Source: a virus
Lineage: Duplodnaviria > Heunggongvirae > Uroviricota > Caudoviricetes
IMG/VR virus record: IMGVR_UViG_2648501390_000011
Location: 1 to 7,926 of that record
Direction: 5' to 3' (one strand)
Length of the DNA: 7,926 bases
The notes under the pieces are model-generated. The model was given only the letters and a program-made list of their open reading frames with translations, ran no database searches and had not been told where the DNA came from. The translations under genes and the position numbers were made by a program. Positions 1-7,726 of this stretch are shown in pieces. Within the stretch, counting starts at the first letter, position 1; each line of letters starts with the position of its first letter.

Positions 1-967
1 CAGGGGAAAAATGTGCATAAATCATAGTCATTTTAATATCTGAATGCCCAAGAATATCTTTCAAAACGAGTATGTTTCCACCGTTCATCATAAAATGACT
101 GGCGAATGTATGGCGCAGAACATGGGTACACTGACCTTCAGGCAGTTCAATACCAGCCCGTTTGACCGCTCGTTCAAAAGCCTTTCTGCATGGCGTGAAT
201 AACTTCCCTCTGTTTTTGGGGAGTTCGTCATAGAGAGCCTGAGATATCGGTACTGTCCTATTTTTCTTTCCTTTCGTCTTTGTATAGGTAATACGGTATT
301 TTGATAATTGGTGGCCCTGTAAGTTTTCCGCTTCACTCCAGCGCGCGCCGGTAGCCAAGCATACCTTTGCGATCATCAACAGACTTGGATTTTGAGAGTT
401 TGCGCAGGCGTCAAGTAGGCGTTTAATTTCCTCCTGAGATAGGAATGCCAATTCACCTTCAGCAATTTTAAATGTTGGAAGCCCTGCCAATGGGTTTGGT
501 GCTGACCAGTGTCCTAGTTTTTTCAATGTGCCGAATACAGATGACAGGTTACGCTGCTCAAGATTAACCGTGCGAGGTTTTACGGGGGACATGAAAACAC
601 CGTCTTCATTTTTGACCTCCCCCTTTAATCTGGCTTCCCGATATTTTGTGAAATCACCTGCTGTCAGTTCCGAGGCAATAGGATTGCCGAGACCGGTACA
701 AATAATTTTTAATTTTGCCATCAAACGCTTTGGGTCAGCGAGTGTCTGACCATACAGGGAATACCACTGCTCAATCACTTCTGACAGTTGTCGCCGATCT
801 TCTTTTTCTCCTAGCCAAGGTTTCTTGTTTACCTCGTCCATGGTGAAATTCTCAAACGCAATGGCTTCGCCTTTCGTCGCAAATTGTTTGCGTACGCGTT
901 TGCCATCTCGCCCGTTTGGGTAGCATTCACATAACCACTTTCCGTTCGGCTGTTTTCTGATGGTCAT
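1..967 (-). CDS. int: Tyrosine recombinase (phage integrase, P2/186 type); N-terminus at 967, C-terminal end lies beyond the left edge of the window
   Basis: Own translation of the minus strand from ATG (967-965) gives an uninterrupted frame down to position 2: MTIRKQPNGKWLCECYPNGRDGKRVRKQFATKGEAIAFE...HVLRHTFASHFMMNGGNILVLKDILGHSDIKMTMIYAHFSP. It contains the HxLRHT box and the catalytic-Tyr region (MIYAHF) typical of tyrosine recombinases. Absent from the ORF track only because there is no in-window stop; the listed 88..336 minus ORF is an out-of-frame shadow. Confidence 0.9.
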   Translation of the reverse strand, partial: MTIRKQPNGKWLCECYPNGRDGKRVRKQFATKGEAIAFENFTMDEVNKKPWLGEKEDRRQLSEVIEQWYSLYGQTLADPKRLMAKLKIICTGLGNPIASELTAGDFTKYREARLKGEVKNEDGVFMSPVKPRTVNLEQRNLSSVFGTLKKLGHWSAPNPLAGLPTFKIAEGELAFLSQEEIKRLLDACANSQNPSLLMIAKVCLATGARWSEAENLQGHQLSKYRITYTKTKGKKNRTVPISQALYDELPKNRGKLFTPCRKAFERAVKRAGIELPEGQCTHVLRHTFASHFMMNGGNILVLKDILGHSDIKMTMIYAHFSP

Positions 968-968
968 A

Positions 969-1601
969 TCAAAGGCTCTTAATGATTTTCAGTGCGCGGC
1001 CTATTACCTCAATGTCATCCAGTTCGCACTCAAACGATGAATCATCCTGATGCACTACTAATCTGTTTCCCGGGAGTCGTGTCAATTTTACAATGCTTTT
1101 TATCCCGTCGATGTCCACTAACCACGTACCATTTACTGGTGGTGTTTGGTTGCGATCTATTAAATAAGAATCACCAGAAGTAGTCACCAGCAGCAGGTTG
1201 CTTGAGTCTGAGGGGAGTATGCTGCTATCAATGATTGCTTTTCCAGCATCGATCAGCAAACCTCCGTTGAGAGTTGCCTTGTCAATTTCAGGAGATACAA
1301 GCTCCGAAAGAGGTTTAACTTTGCTAGAGTTCACGGAATTGATATTTCTTTTAGGGTCAATGTTTGAACCTGGATCGCCCTGTCCGGTAGTTAGCCACAG
1401 TAAAGAAACTCCTGTTTCCAAAGCGCACTGAATCACCCATTCTGCAGGAAAACTATCTCTTAAGTATCTGTTTGCCATAGTGCTTTTTGATGCGCCCAAG
1501 TGATCGCAAAGTTGCTGTCTGGACTTGAAATCATAGGCTGCCATTAGCCTATGGATAGCCTCTCTTCCCCCTGTATTCTCGCCAGCTTTTACTTGTATCA
1601 T
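969..1601 (-). CDS. cI: Phage CI-type repressor (186 CI-like: N-terminal HTH, C-terminal oligomerisation domain)
   Basis: 210-aa ORF. The N-terminus (GGREAIHRLMAAYDFKSRQQLCDHLGASKSTMANRYLRDSFPAEWVIQCALETGVSLLWLTTGQG) matches my recollection of the Phage_CI_repr HTH family. RBS-like AGGA sits upstream of ATG 1601. The stop (TGA, 971-969) is 1 nt from the int ATG, and the gene faces away from a divergent early operon. Confidence 0.8.
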   Translation of the reverse strand: MIQVKAGENTGGREAIHRLMAAYDFKSRQQLCDHLGASKSTMANRYLRDSFPAEWVIQCALETGVSLLWLTTGQGDPGSNIDPKRNINSVNSSKVKPLSELVSPEIDKATLNGGLLIDAGKAIIDSSILPSDSSNLLLVTTSGDSYLIDRNQTPPVNGTWLVDIDGIKSIVKLTRLPGNRLVVHQDDSSFECELDDIEVIGRALKIIKSL

Positions 1602-1613
1602 TTTTTAATCCTG

Positions 1614-1642
1614 TTGACGTATCAAATATTGGATCGTAGTAT
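1614..1642 (+). promoter_or_regulatory. Candidate sigma70 early (pR-like) promoter: TTGACG -17 bp- TAGTAT
   Basis: TTGACG at 1614-1619, a 17-nt spacer, and TAGTAT at 1637-1642 lie in the 119-bp cI/apl intergenic region, oriented toward the + strand early operon that starts at 1721. Confidence 0.45.
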
Positions 1643-1665
1643 CTTGGTGTATCAAATATTGAATC
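1619..1665. repeat. Two copies of a 17-bp operator-like element (GTATCAAATATTGGATC / GTATCAAATATTGAATC), 30 bp apart, each an imperfect dyad around AATATT
   Basis: Direct read: 1619-1635 and 1649-1665 are 16/17 identical. Copy 1 occupies the promoter spacer and copy 2 lies just downstream of the -10. A third partial copy (AATCAAATA) is at 1662-1670. Confidence 0.5.
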
Positions 1666-1720
1666 AAATAAAACAAGATAAAACGACGTAAACCAAACCT
1701 TAATCGAGAGATACTGCACT

Positions 1721-1969
1721 ATGAGCAACGACATTTCAATTCGTGTACCAAAAGTGATGGCGACACCAGCTGAGTTCGCGGAATGGGAAGGCCGCTCTCG
1801 CGGTTCGGTATATCAAATGATTCATAATGGTAAACTCGCTAAATTCTTGGAAAGAAAAGAAAAACCGAAAGACAGAGTATGTATACGTTACCTTGAGTAC
1901 AAAAAGGAACAAGTCAGGAAAAACATGGGCCAATCCAATTTCAACTTTAATGTCATCGTTGGTGACTAA
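1721..1969 (+). CDS. apl: Small HTH DNA-binding protein, Apl/Cox-like (excisionase / early-lytic repressor role in 186/P2)
   Basis: 82-aa ORF, first gene of the rightward operon and divergent from cI. Basic, with an HTH-like segment (PAEFAEWEGRSRGSVYQMIHNGKL). Assignment rests on position and size relative to 186 apl / P2 cox. Confidence 0.6.
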   Translation: MSNDISIRVPKVMATPAEFAEWEGRSRGSVYQMIHNGKLAKFLERKEKPKDRVCIRYLEYKKEQVRKNMGQSNFNFNVIVGD

Positions 1970-2001
1970 GTTCAATTATGAGAACTTTCTAAGGGGGCAG
2001 C

Positions 2002-2511
2002 ATGTTTGATTACAAGATTTCCAAACATCCGCATTTTGATGAAGCCTGTAGAGCTTTTGCACTACGTCACAATATGGCAAAGCTGGCAGAACGTGCAGGA
2101 ATGAATGTTCAGACACTGCGAAACAAACTCAATCCAGATCAACCGCATCAGCTCACCGCACCAGAAATCTGGTTGCTTACCGATCTGACTGAAGATTCAA
2201 CGTTGGTAGACGGTTTTCTGGCACAGATTCATTGTCTGCCATGTGTTCCGATTAATGAGGTGGCAAAAGAGAAACTGCCGCATTACGTCATGAGTGCAAC
2301 TGCAGAGATCGGGCGTGTTGCTGCAGGTGCGGTATCTGGCGATGTAAAAACCAGTGCAGGTCGTCGTGATGCTATCAGCAGCATTAACTCTGTAACACGA
2401 CTGATGGCGCTGGCGGCTGTTTCATTGCAGGCCCGTTTACAGGCTAATCCTGCGATGGCAAGTGCAGTTGATACTGTAACTGGCCTCGGTGCGTCATTCG
2501 GTTTGCTGTGA
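2002..2511 (+). CDS. cII: Phage CII-family regulatory protein (186 CII-like)
   Basis: 169-aa ORF with a strong RBS (AAGGGGG) before ATG 2002. Size and position immediately after apl match 186 CII. The N-terminus (MFDYKISKHPHFDEACRAFALRHNMAKLAERAGMNVQTLRNKLNP) matches my recollection of the phage regulatory CII family. Confidence 0.7.
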   Translation: MFDYKISKHPHFDEACRAFALRHNMAKLAERAGMNVQTLRNKLNPDQPHQLTAPEIWLLTDLTEDSTLVDGFLAQIHCLPCVPINEVAKEKLPHYVMSATAEIGRVAAGAVSGDVKTSAGRRDAISSINSVTRLMALAAVSLQARLQANPAMASAVDTVTGLGASFGLL

Positions 2512-2518
2512 GGTGCTT

Positions 2519-2719
2519 ATGCTGACGAAAGAACCATCATTTGCATCGCTGCTGGTAAAACAAAGCCCGGCAATGCACTACGGTCACGGCTGGATCATGG
2601 GGGAGGATGGTAAACGCTGGCATCCGTGCCGTTCACAAGATGAATTGCTGGCAGAACTATCTACGAAAAAACGGGGGAACAAATGGCTATTGAAGGCGCT
2701 GCGGCGACTGTTCCATTAA
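2519..2719 (+). CDS. Hypothetical small early protein (occupies the fil/dhr position of the 186 early operon)
   Basis: ATG at 2519 preceded by GAGGTG, which overlaps the cII stop; 66 aa from this start (MLTKEPSFASLLVKQ...). The track's longer 2489 start is less likely. No recognisable motif. Confidence 0.4.
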   Translation: MLTKEPSFASLLVKQSPAMHYGHGWIMGEDGKRWHPCRSQDELLAELSTKKRGNKWLLKALRRLFH

Positions 2720-3024
2720 GCCCCGGTGAACGCCTGAATGGACTTAACCATATTGCGGAGTTAAGGGCGAAAGTATTTGGCCTGAATATTGAGTCAGAGC
2801 TTGAGCGGTTTATTAAAGATATGCGTGATCCACGGGATATCAATAACGAACAAAATAAACGGGCACTGGCTGCTATATTCTTTATGGCAAAAATTCCAGC
2901 TGAACGTCATAGCATCAGCATTAATGAGCTGACCACTGACGAAAAGCGGGAGTTGATTAAAGCAATGAATCATTTTCGTGCAGTGGTGAGCTTATTTCCA
3001 AGACGGCTAACCATGCCGAATTAA
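2683..3024 (+). CDS. Hypothetical early protein, 113 aa
   Basis: ATG 2683 preceded by GGGGG with a 5-nt spacer. Its start overlaps the end of the previous ORF by 37 nt in another frame. No recognisable motif; co-oriented in the early operon. Confidence 0.5.
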   Translation: MAIEGAAATVPLSPGERLNGLNHIAELRAKVFGLNIESELERFIKDMRDPRDINNEQNKRALAAIFFMAKIPAERHSISINELTTDEKRELIKAMNHFRAVVSLFPRRLTMPN

Positions 3025-3091
3025 CCAACTAATGAAATTAATGGCGTAAACCCGCCGGGTATCCCTTTATCTAAATTCAGGAGAATTGATT

Positions 3092-3325
3092 ATGCGTAAT
3101 ATTGAAACCCTCACGACTAAAACCGGACCGGATGATGCAGGGCTTAATATTTTACTGACAGAGGCTCGTCTGGAAGAACGCCGGGCAAGGGCTGAAGCAA
3201 TGGCAGCTCGCCTTGATAGCCTGGCGTGTCATATCACATCCCGCCAGCTAAACCACGTCGAAGCAGCAGAACTACTGCGTGTAACTGCTGAAGCAATCCA
3301 GAACGAAGCGCAGGAGATCCACTAA
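3092..3325 (+). CDS. Small coiled-coil early protein (resembles the DUF2732-type ORFs of P2-like phages)
   Basis: AGGAG at 3078-3082 followed by ATG 3092; the track's 3086 start would be a TTG. 77 aa, Ala/Glu/Arg-rich helical sequence. The stop overlaps the next start (TAATG). Confidence 0.55.
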   Translation: MRNIETLTTKTGPDDAGLNILLTEARLEERRARAEAMAARLDSLACHITSRQLNHVEAAELLRVTAEAIQNEAQEIH

Positions 3326-3552
3326 TGGCTGATGCAATGGATCTTGTACAGCAGCGCGTTGAAGAAGAACGCCAGCGCCATATCCGTGCTGCCCGTGCCA
3401 AAACGCCGGGCGTGTCCCGCGTGCTTTGCATTGAGTGTGAAGCGCCAATTCCGCCAGCACGCCGCCGCGCCATTCCAGGTGTGCAGCTTTGTATTACCTG
3501 TCAGGAAATCGCAGAGCTGAAAGGCAAACATTACAACGGAGGTGCTGTATGA
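3325..3552 (+). CDS. TraR/DksA-family C4 zinc-finger protein
   Basis: 75 aa with two CxxC pairs (CIECEAPI...CITCQE) at the spacing expected for the TraR/DksA zinc finger. The start overlaps the upstream stop, and its own stop overlaps the dam start (ATGA). Confidence 0.75.
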   Translation: MADAMDLVQQRVEEERQRHIRAARAKTPGVSRVLCIECEAPIPPARRRAIPGVQLCITCQEIAELKGKHYNGGAV

Positions 3553-4406
3553 GCACCATCCTGAAATGGGCGGGAAATAAAACCGCCATTATGTCCGAAC
3601 TGAAAAAACACCTTCCTGCTGGCCCGCGACTGGTTGAACCTTTCGCGGGTTCCTGTGCTGTGATGATGGAGACGGATTACCCCAGCTATCTGGTTGCGGA
3701 TATTAATCCTGATTTAATCAACCTCTATAAAAAGGTTGCCGCTGATTGTGAATCGTTTATATCTCGCGCCAGAGTTTTATTTGAGATCGCAAACAGGGAG
3801 GTAGCTTATTACAACATAAGGCAGGAGTTTAATTACTCAACTGAAATTACTGATTTCATGAAAGCGGTATATTTCCTGTATCTCAATCGTCACGGTTACC
3901 GTGGTTTATGTCGCTATAACAAGAGTGGGCATTTCAACATTCCCTACGGTAATTATAAAAATCCGTATTTCCCTGAAAAAGAAATTCGCGCATTTGCAGA
4001 AAAAGCCCAGCGGGCAACGTTTATCTGCACCAGCTTTGATGAAACGCTGGCGATGTTGAAGGCGGGGGATGTGGTGTATTGCGATCCGCCGTATGACGGT
4101 ACGTTTTCCGGCTATCACACTGATGGTTTCACTGAAGATGACCAGTATCACCTAGCATCCGTTCTTGAACATCGATCATCTGAAGGACATCCGGTCATTG
4201 TTTCTAACAGTGACACATCCCTGATTCGTTCGCTGTATCGCAATTTTACTCACCACTATATCAAGGTAAAACGCAGCATCGGTGTGGCAGCTGGCGAGGG
4301 TAAATCAGCAACAGAAATCATCGCTGTTTCCGGGCCGCGCTGCTGGGTGGGATTTGATCCTTCGCGTGGCGTGGATAGTTCTGCCGTGTACGGAGTGCGT
4401 GCATGA
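3549..4406 (+). CDS. dam: DNA adenine methyltransferase, Dam-like (GATC-type N6-adenine MTase)
   Basis: GGAGG at 3538-3542 followed by ATG 3549. The 285-aa product has the SAM-binding motif ([10 protein letters not shown]), the catalytic DPPY motif ([10 protein letters not shown]) and long Dam-like stretches ([46 protein letters not shown]). The track's 3489 start is an upstream in-frame extension through the TraR-like gene. Confidence 0.9.
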   Translation: MSTILKWAGNKTAIMSELKKHLPAGPRLVEPFAGSCAVMMETDYPSYLVADINPDLINLYKKVAADCESFISRARVLFEIANREVAYYNIRQEFNYSTEITDFMKAVYFLYLNRHGYRGLCRYNKSGHFNIPYGNYKNPYFPEKEIRAFAEKAQRATFICTSFDETLAMLKAGDVVYCDPPYDGTFSGYHTDGFTEDDQYHLASVLEHRSSEGHPVIVSNSDTSLIRSLYRNFTHHYIKVKRSIGVAAGEGKSATEIIAVSGPRCWVGFDPSRGVDSSAVYGVRA

Positions 4407-6817
4407 GCCATGCTGATATGAACAACTGCAGCGGCTTTAACGAGATCGCCGCAGCATTCTCATGGAACAGCCCGAAAAAGGCCATTAACCCTTATCTGGA
4501 CCCGGCGGAAGTTGCGCCGGTTTCTGCGCTTTCAAACCTGATCACTCTGTACGCTGCCGATAACGAGCAGGAACAGCTGCGCCGTGAGGCGCTGAGTGAT
4601 CAGGTCTGGGAGCGTTATTTCTTTAATGAATCCCGTGATCCTGTCCAGCGCGAAATGGAGCAGGATAAGCTCATTAGTCGGGCAAAGCTGGCGCATGAGC
4701 AGCAGCGTTTTAATCCGGATATGGTCATTCTGGCGGACGTCAACGCCCAGCCTTCCCATATCAGCAAGCCGCTGATGCAACGTATTGAATACTTCAGCAG
4801 CCTGGGCAGGCCAAAGGCTTATTCCCGCTATTTGCGTGAGACGATTAAGCCATGTCTGGAACGACTGGAGCATGTACGCGAGAGTCAGCTATCCACTTCT
4901 TTTCGCTTTATGGCAAGCCATGAAGGGCTGGACGGCCTGCTGATTCTGCCTGAAATGAGTCAGGATCATGTGAAACGCCTGTCCACCCTGGTAGCTGCGC
5001 ATATGAGCATGTGCCTTGATGCAGCTTGTGGCGATTTGTATGCCACCGATGACGTTAAGCCAGAAGAAATCCGCAAGACATGGGAAAAGGTGGCGGCGGA
5101 AACCCTGCGTCTGGATGTCATCCCACCTGCGTTTGAGCAACTCCGTCGGAAAAGAAACCGCCGTAAACCCGTGCCCTATGAGCTCATTCCGGGTTCGCTG
5201 GCGCGTATGTTGTGCGGCGACTGGTGGTATCGGAAATTATGGAAGATGCGTTGCGAATGGCGGGAAGAGCAGTTGCGCGCTGTTTGCCTGGTCAGCAAAA
5301 AAGCATCTCCTTATGTCAGCTATGAAGCCGTGATGCATAAACGTGAGCAGCGCCGTAAGTCGCTGGAGTTTTTCCGTTCTCATGAACTGGTGAACGAAGA
5401 CGGCGACACGCTGGACATGGAGGATGTGGTAAACGCCAGCAGCAGCAACCCTGCGCATCGCCGCAATGAGATGATGGCCTGTGTTAAAGGTCTGGAGCTT
5501 ATCGCGGAAATGCGCGGTGACTGCGCCGTTTTCTACACTATCACCTGTCCGTCGCGTTTCCATTCCACGCTAAATAACGGCAGACCAAACCCGACCTGGA
5601 CAAACGCGACGGTAAGACAAAGCAGCGATTATCTGGTCGGCATGTTTGCTGCATTTCGTAAGGCGATGCACAAAGCCGGGTTGCGCTGGTATGGCGTGCG
5701 GGTGGCTGAGCCGCATCATGACGGCACAGTTCACTGGCACCTGTTGTGTTTCATGCGCAAAAAAGACCGCCGTGCCATTACTGCATTACTGCGTAAGTTT
5801 GCCATCCGTGAAGACCGCGAGGAGCTGGGCAATAACACTGGGCCGCGCTTTAAGTCTGAGTTGATTAACCCGCGCAAAGGAACGCCGACAAGCTACATCG
5901 CGAAATATATCAGTAAGAACATTGACGGTCGTGGTCTGGCTGGCGAGATCAGCAAGGAAACGGGTAAATCTCTGCGTGATAACGCTGAATACGTGAATGC
6001 CTGGGCGTCTCTGCATCGTGTTCAGCAATTCCGCTTCTTTGGTATTCCGGGGCGTCAGGCTTATCGTGAACTTCGCTTGCTGGCTGGTCAGGCGGCAAGG
6101 CAACAGGGTGACAAAAAAGCAGGTGCGCCGGTACTGGATAACCCGCGTCTTGATGCCATTCTGGCTGCTGCTGATGCTGGCTGTTTTGCCACCTACATCA
6201 TGAAGCAGGGCGGCGTGCTGGTTCCCCGCAAATATCACCTTATCAGAACAGCTTATGAAATTAACGAAGAGCCGACCGCCTATGGCGATCACGGTATTCG
6301 TATTTATGGCATCTGGTCACCCATTGCAGAGGGCAAGATCTGCACTCATGCCGTGAAGTGGAAAATGGTTCGTAAGGCCGTTGACGTTCAGGAGGCGGCA
6401 GCCGACCAGGGCGCTTGCGCCCCTTGGACTCGTGGCAATAACTGTCCCCTTGCTGAAAATTTGAACCAACAAGGGAAAGACAAATCAGCTTATGGGGATA
6501 CCAGAACGGACATTACCCGCATGGATGACAAGGAGTTGCACGATTACCTGCACAGTATGAGCAAAAAAGAGCGCCGGGAACTGGCTGCAAGGTTACGCCT
6601 GGTGAAACCGAAACGGCGTAAAGACTACAAACAGCGAATTACAGACCATCAGCGACAGCAGCTCGTCTATGAGCTGAAGTCCAGAGGATTTGATGGCAGC
6701 GAGAAAGAGGTCGGTTTACTCCTTCGCGGCGGCAGTATTCCGTCAGGAGCAGGCCTGCGTATCTTCTATCGGAACCAGCGTTTGCAGGAAGATGATAAGT
6801 GGCGGGATCTGTATTAA
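4403..6817 (+). CDS. A: Phage replication initiation endonuclease gpA (HUH rolling-circle initiator, P2 A family)
   Basis: 804-aa ORF. HUH metal-binding motif ([15 protein letters not shown]) and a downstream paired-tyrosine motif (YIAKYISKN), as in P2 gpA. The start overlaps the dam stop (ATGA at 4403-4406). Confidence 0.9.
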   Translation: MSHADMNNCSGFNEIAAAFSWNSPKKAINPYLDPAEVAPVSALSNLITLYAADNEQEQLRREALSDQVWERYFFNESRDPVQREMEQDKLISRAKLAHEQQRFNPDMVILADVNAQPSHISKPLMQRIEYFSSLGRPKAYSRYLRETIKPCLERLEHVRESQLSTSFRFMASHEGLDGLLILPEMSQDHVKRLSTLVAAHMSMCLDAACGDLYATDDVKPEEIRKTWEKVAAETLRLDVIPPAFEQLRRKRNRRKPVPYELIPGSLARMLCGDWWYRKLWKMRCEWREEQLRAVCLVSKKASPYVSYEAVMHKREQRRKSLEFFRSHELVNEDGDTLDMEDVVNASSSNPAHRRNEMMACVKGLELIAEMRGDCAVFYTITCPSRFHSTLNNGRPNPTWTNATVRQSSDYLVGMFAAFRKAMHKAGLRWYGVRVAEPHHDGTVHWHLLCFMRKKDRRAITALLRKFAIREDREELGNNTGPRFKSELINPRKGTPTSYIAKYISKNIDGRGLAGEISKETGKSLRDNAEYVNAWASLHRVQQFRFFGIPGRQAYRELRLLAGQAARQQGDKKAGAPVLDNPRLDAILAAADAGCFATYIMKQGGVLVPRKYHLIRTAYEINEEPTAYGDHGIRIYGIWSPIAEGKICTHAVKWKMVRKAVDVQEAAADQGACAPWTRGNNCPLAENLNQQGKDKSAYGDTRTDITRMDDKELHDYLHSMSKKERRELAARLRLVKPKRRKDYKQRITDHQRQQLVYELKSRGFDGSEKEVGLLLRGGSIPSGAGLRIFYRNQRLQEDDKWRDLY

Positions 6818-6909
6818 TTACGCGGGTTAACAATTCGTGCTCTTAATAATACCAGGCATATCAGGCTGATGAACGTAAAAAAACGTTTTACATCAGTAAG
6901 ATTATTATA

Positions 6910-6929
6910 TACTGTAAATATAAACAGTG
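6910..6929. promoter_or_regulatory. LexA (SOS) box, TACTGTAAATATAAACAGTG
   Basis: CTGT-N8-ACAG with an AT-rich spacer; 17/20 match to the E. coli consensus TACTGTATATATATACAGTA. It lies 40 bp upstream of the RBS (AGGAGG, 6960-6965) of the ORF at 6970 and overlaps candidate -10 hexamers. Confidence 0.7.
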
Positions 6930-6969
6930 GTTATGTATACAGTATTGCTTTGGTGTCATAGGAGGAAAG

Positions 6970-7158
6970 ATGCAGGACTATTTTTTGGAGTCTTTGAAGC
7001 TCCAGCGCATTGATTTTTTTCTTAAGCTTGTAGCGGCTAGTGAGTGTAGTGATGAAGAGAAGGGGCTGGCCCTGCAGTGGGTTTCTGAACTAACAGATGA
7101 ACTCATGGCAAAAATCAGAACCCACGAATACAACCGCTCAATGGATGTCATCAGCTGA
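6970..7158 (+). CDS. Small SOS-regulated protein, candidate N-terminal part of a Tum-like antirepressor
   Basis: 62-aa ORF with a strong RBS, directly downstream of the LexA box. Its stop (TGA 7156-7158) overlaps the RBS of the DinI-like ORF. Function inferred from context only. Confidence 0.5.
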   Translation: MQDYFLESLKLQRIDFFLKLVAASECSDEEKGLALQWVSELTDELMAKIRTHEYNRSMDVIS

Positions 7159-7168
7159 GGTGACTTTT

Positions 7169-7402
7169 ATGCGCATTGAAATAATGATCGATAAAGAGCA
7201 GAAGATTAGCCAGTCTACCCTGGACGCTCTGGAGTCCGAGCTTTACCGCAACCTGCGCCCCCTGTATCCCAAAACGGTAATTCGTATCCGCAAAGGTAGC
7301 TCTAACGGTGTGGAACTTACCGGACTGCAACTGGACGAAGAAAGAAAACAAGTGATGAAAATTATGCAGAAAGTGTGGGAAGACGACAGCTGGCTGCATT
7401 AA
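7169..7402 (+). CDS. dinI: DinI-family protein (SOS-inducible; DinI/Tum C-terminal-domain-like)
   Basis: GAGG at 7157-7160 followed by ATG 7169; 77 aa (MRIEIMIDKEQKISQSTLDALESELYRNLRPLYPKTVIRIRKGSSNGVELTGLQLDEERKQVMKIMQKVWEDDSWLH). Length and pattern match E. coli DinI as I recall it (MRIEV...start, acidic W-containing C-terminus). The track's 7097 start is an upstream extension in the same frame. Confidence 0.75.
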   Translation: MRIEIMIDKEQKISQSTLDALESELYRNLRPLYPKTVIRIRKGSSNGVELTGLQLDEERKQVMKIMQKVWEDDSWLH

Positions 7403-7537
7403 GAAACGTTGCTGGCGTCTGAACTTGCTTCTGGCGTCAGCAAGGTTGAACAACGAGCCCTTGCGAGGCGTTAGCTCTGTAGTGCATGTCTATGCCGCAT
7501 GAGATCGCATGATCGTTTGAGGATCGTTTTTGCTAAG

Positions 7538-7561
7538 GCCCGCCAGAACTGGCGGGCTTTT
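7538..7561 (+). terminator. Rho-independent terminator (GCCCGCCA-GAAC-TGGCGGGC-TTTT)
   Basis: Perfect 8-bp GC-rich stem with a 4-nt loop, followed by TTTT; 135 bp downstream of the dinI-like stop and upstream of the AT-rich cargo gene. Confidence 0.6.
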
Positions 7562-7726
7562 GCGTAGATCATGCAGGTGCATGAAAACCACTGCATAAAG
7601 CGGGCAGGCGTGGCGGGGATACGAGCGCGCGCAACAGTGTAACAATCTGGATCTAATGTGATATAGTTACTGTAAATATTATTAACTATTCTTATATGCA
7701 TTATTAAATATTTTAATGGAGCGTTT

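Noticed and set aside
88-336. 82-aa minus-strand ORF from the track
   Set aside because: It lies in a different frame inside the integrase gene. My own translation shows the integrase frame is open and motif-bearing across this span, so this is a shadow ORF.
528-749. 73-aa plus-strand ORF
   Set aside because: Antisense to the integrase coding sequence, with no RBS or recognisable motif; overlapping-frame artefact.
992-1431. Plus-strand ORFs 992..1183 and 1198..1431
   Set aside because: Both are antisense within the cI repressor gene, with no start context; shadow ORFs.
1549-1975. Minus-strand ORFs 1549..1734 and 1736..1975, and plus-strand ORF 1827..2009
   Set aside because: They overlap the switch region and apl on the wrong strand or frame. 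The apl frame has the start context and the HTH-like segment.
3489-3548. N-terminal extension of the methyltransferase ORF given in the track (3489 start)
   Set aside because: The extension has no ATG with an RBS and reads through the 3' end of the TraR-like gene. ATG 3549 has a GGAGG RBS and begins the Dam-homologous sequence.
3234-4151. Minus-strand ORFs 3234..3473, 3272..3460, 3322..3531 and 3906..4151, and plus-strand ORF 3332..3520
   Set aside because: Arg/Ala-rich translations typical of out-of-frame reading of GC-rich coding DNA; they overlap the TraR-like and dam genes, which carry clear motifs.
4532-6292. Multiple ORFs of 68-168 aa inside gpA on both strands (4532..4873, 4889..5140, 5016..5333, 5237..5563, 5646..5864, 5786..6292, 5997..6203)
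   Set aside because: All are nested within the 804-aa gpA frame, which carries the HUH and tyrosine motifs; they are shadow ORFs.
6639-6833. 64-aa minus-strand ORF at the 3' end of gpA
   Set aside because: Antisense to the gpA C-terminus with no expression signals; shadow ORF.
6935-6942. 8-bp palindrome TGTATACA just downstream of the LexA box, considered as a possible second LexA site
   Set aside because: No CTGT is present at the required 8-bp spacing from its ACAG, so it does not form a LexA box; probably part of the promoter -10 region.
7409-7445. Possible hairpin or terminator immediately after the dinI-like gene (TTGCTGGCGTC...TGGCGTCAGCAA)
   Set aside because: Only the outer 6 bp pair cleanly, the inner arms mismatch, and there is no T-tract; it looks more like a direct repeat of CTGGCGTC. 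The hairpin at 7538-7561 is the convincing terminator.
7151-7701. Minus-strand ORFs 7151..7453 and 7471..7701
   Set aside because: The first is antisense to the DinI-like gene. The second spans the terminator and the AT-rich promoter region with no RBS and low-complexity translation.
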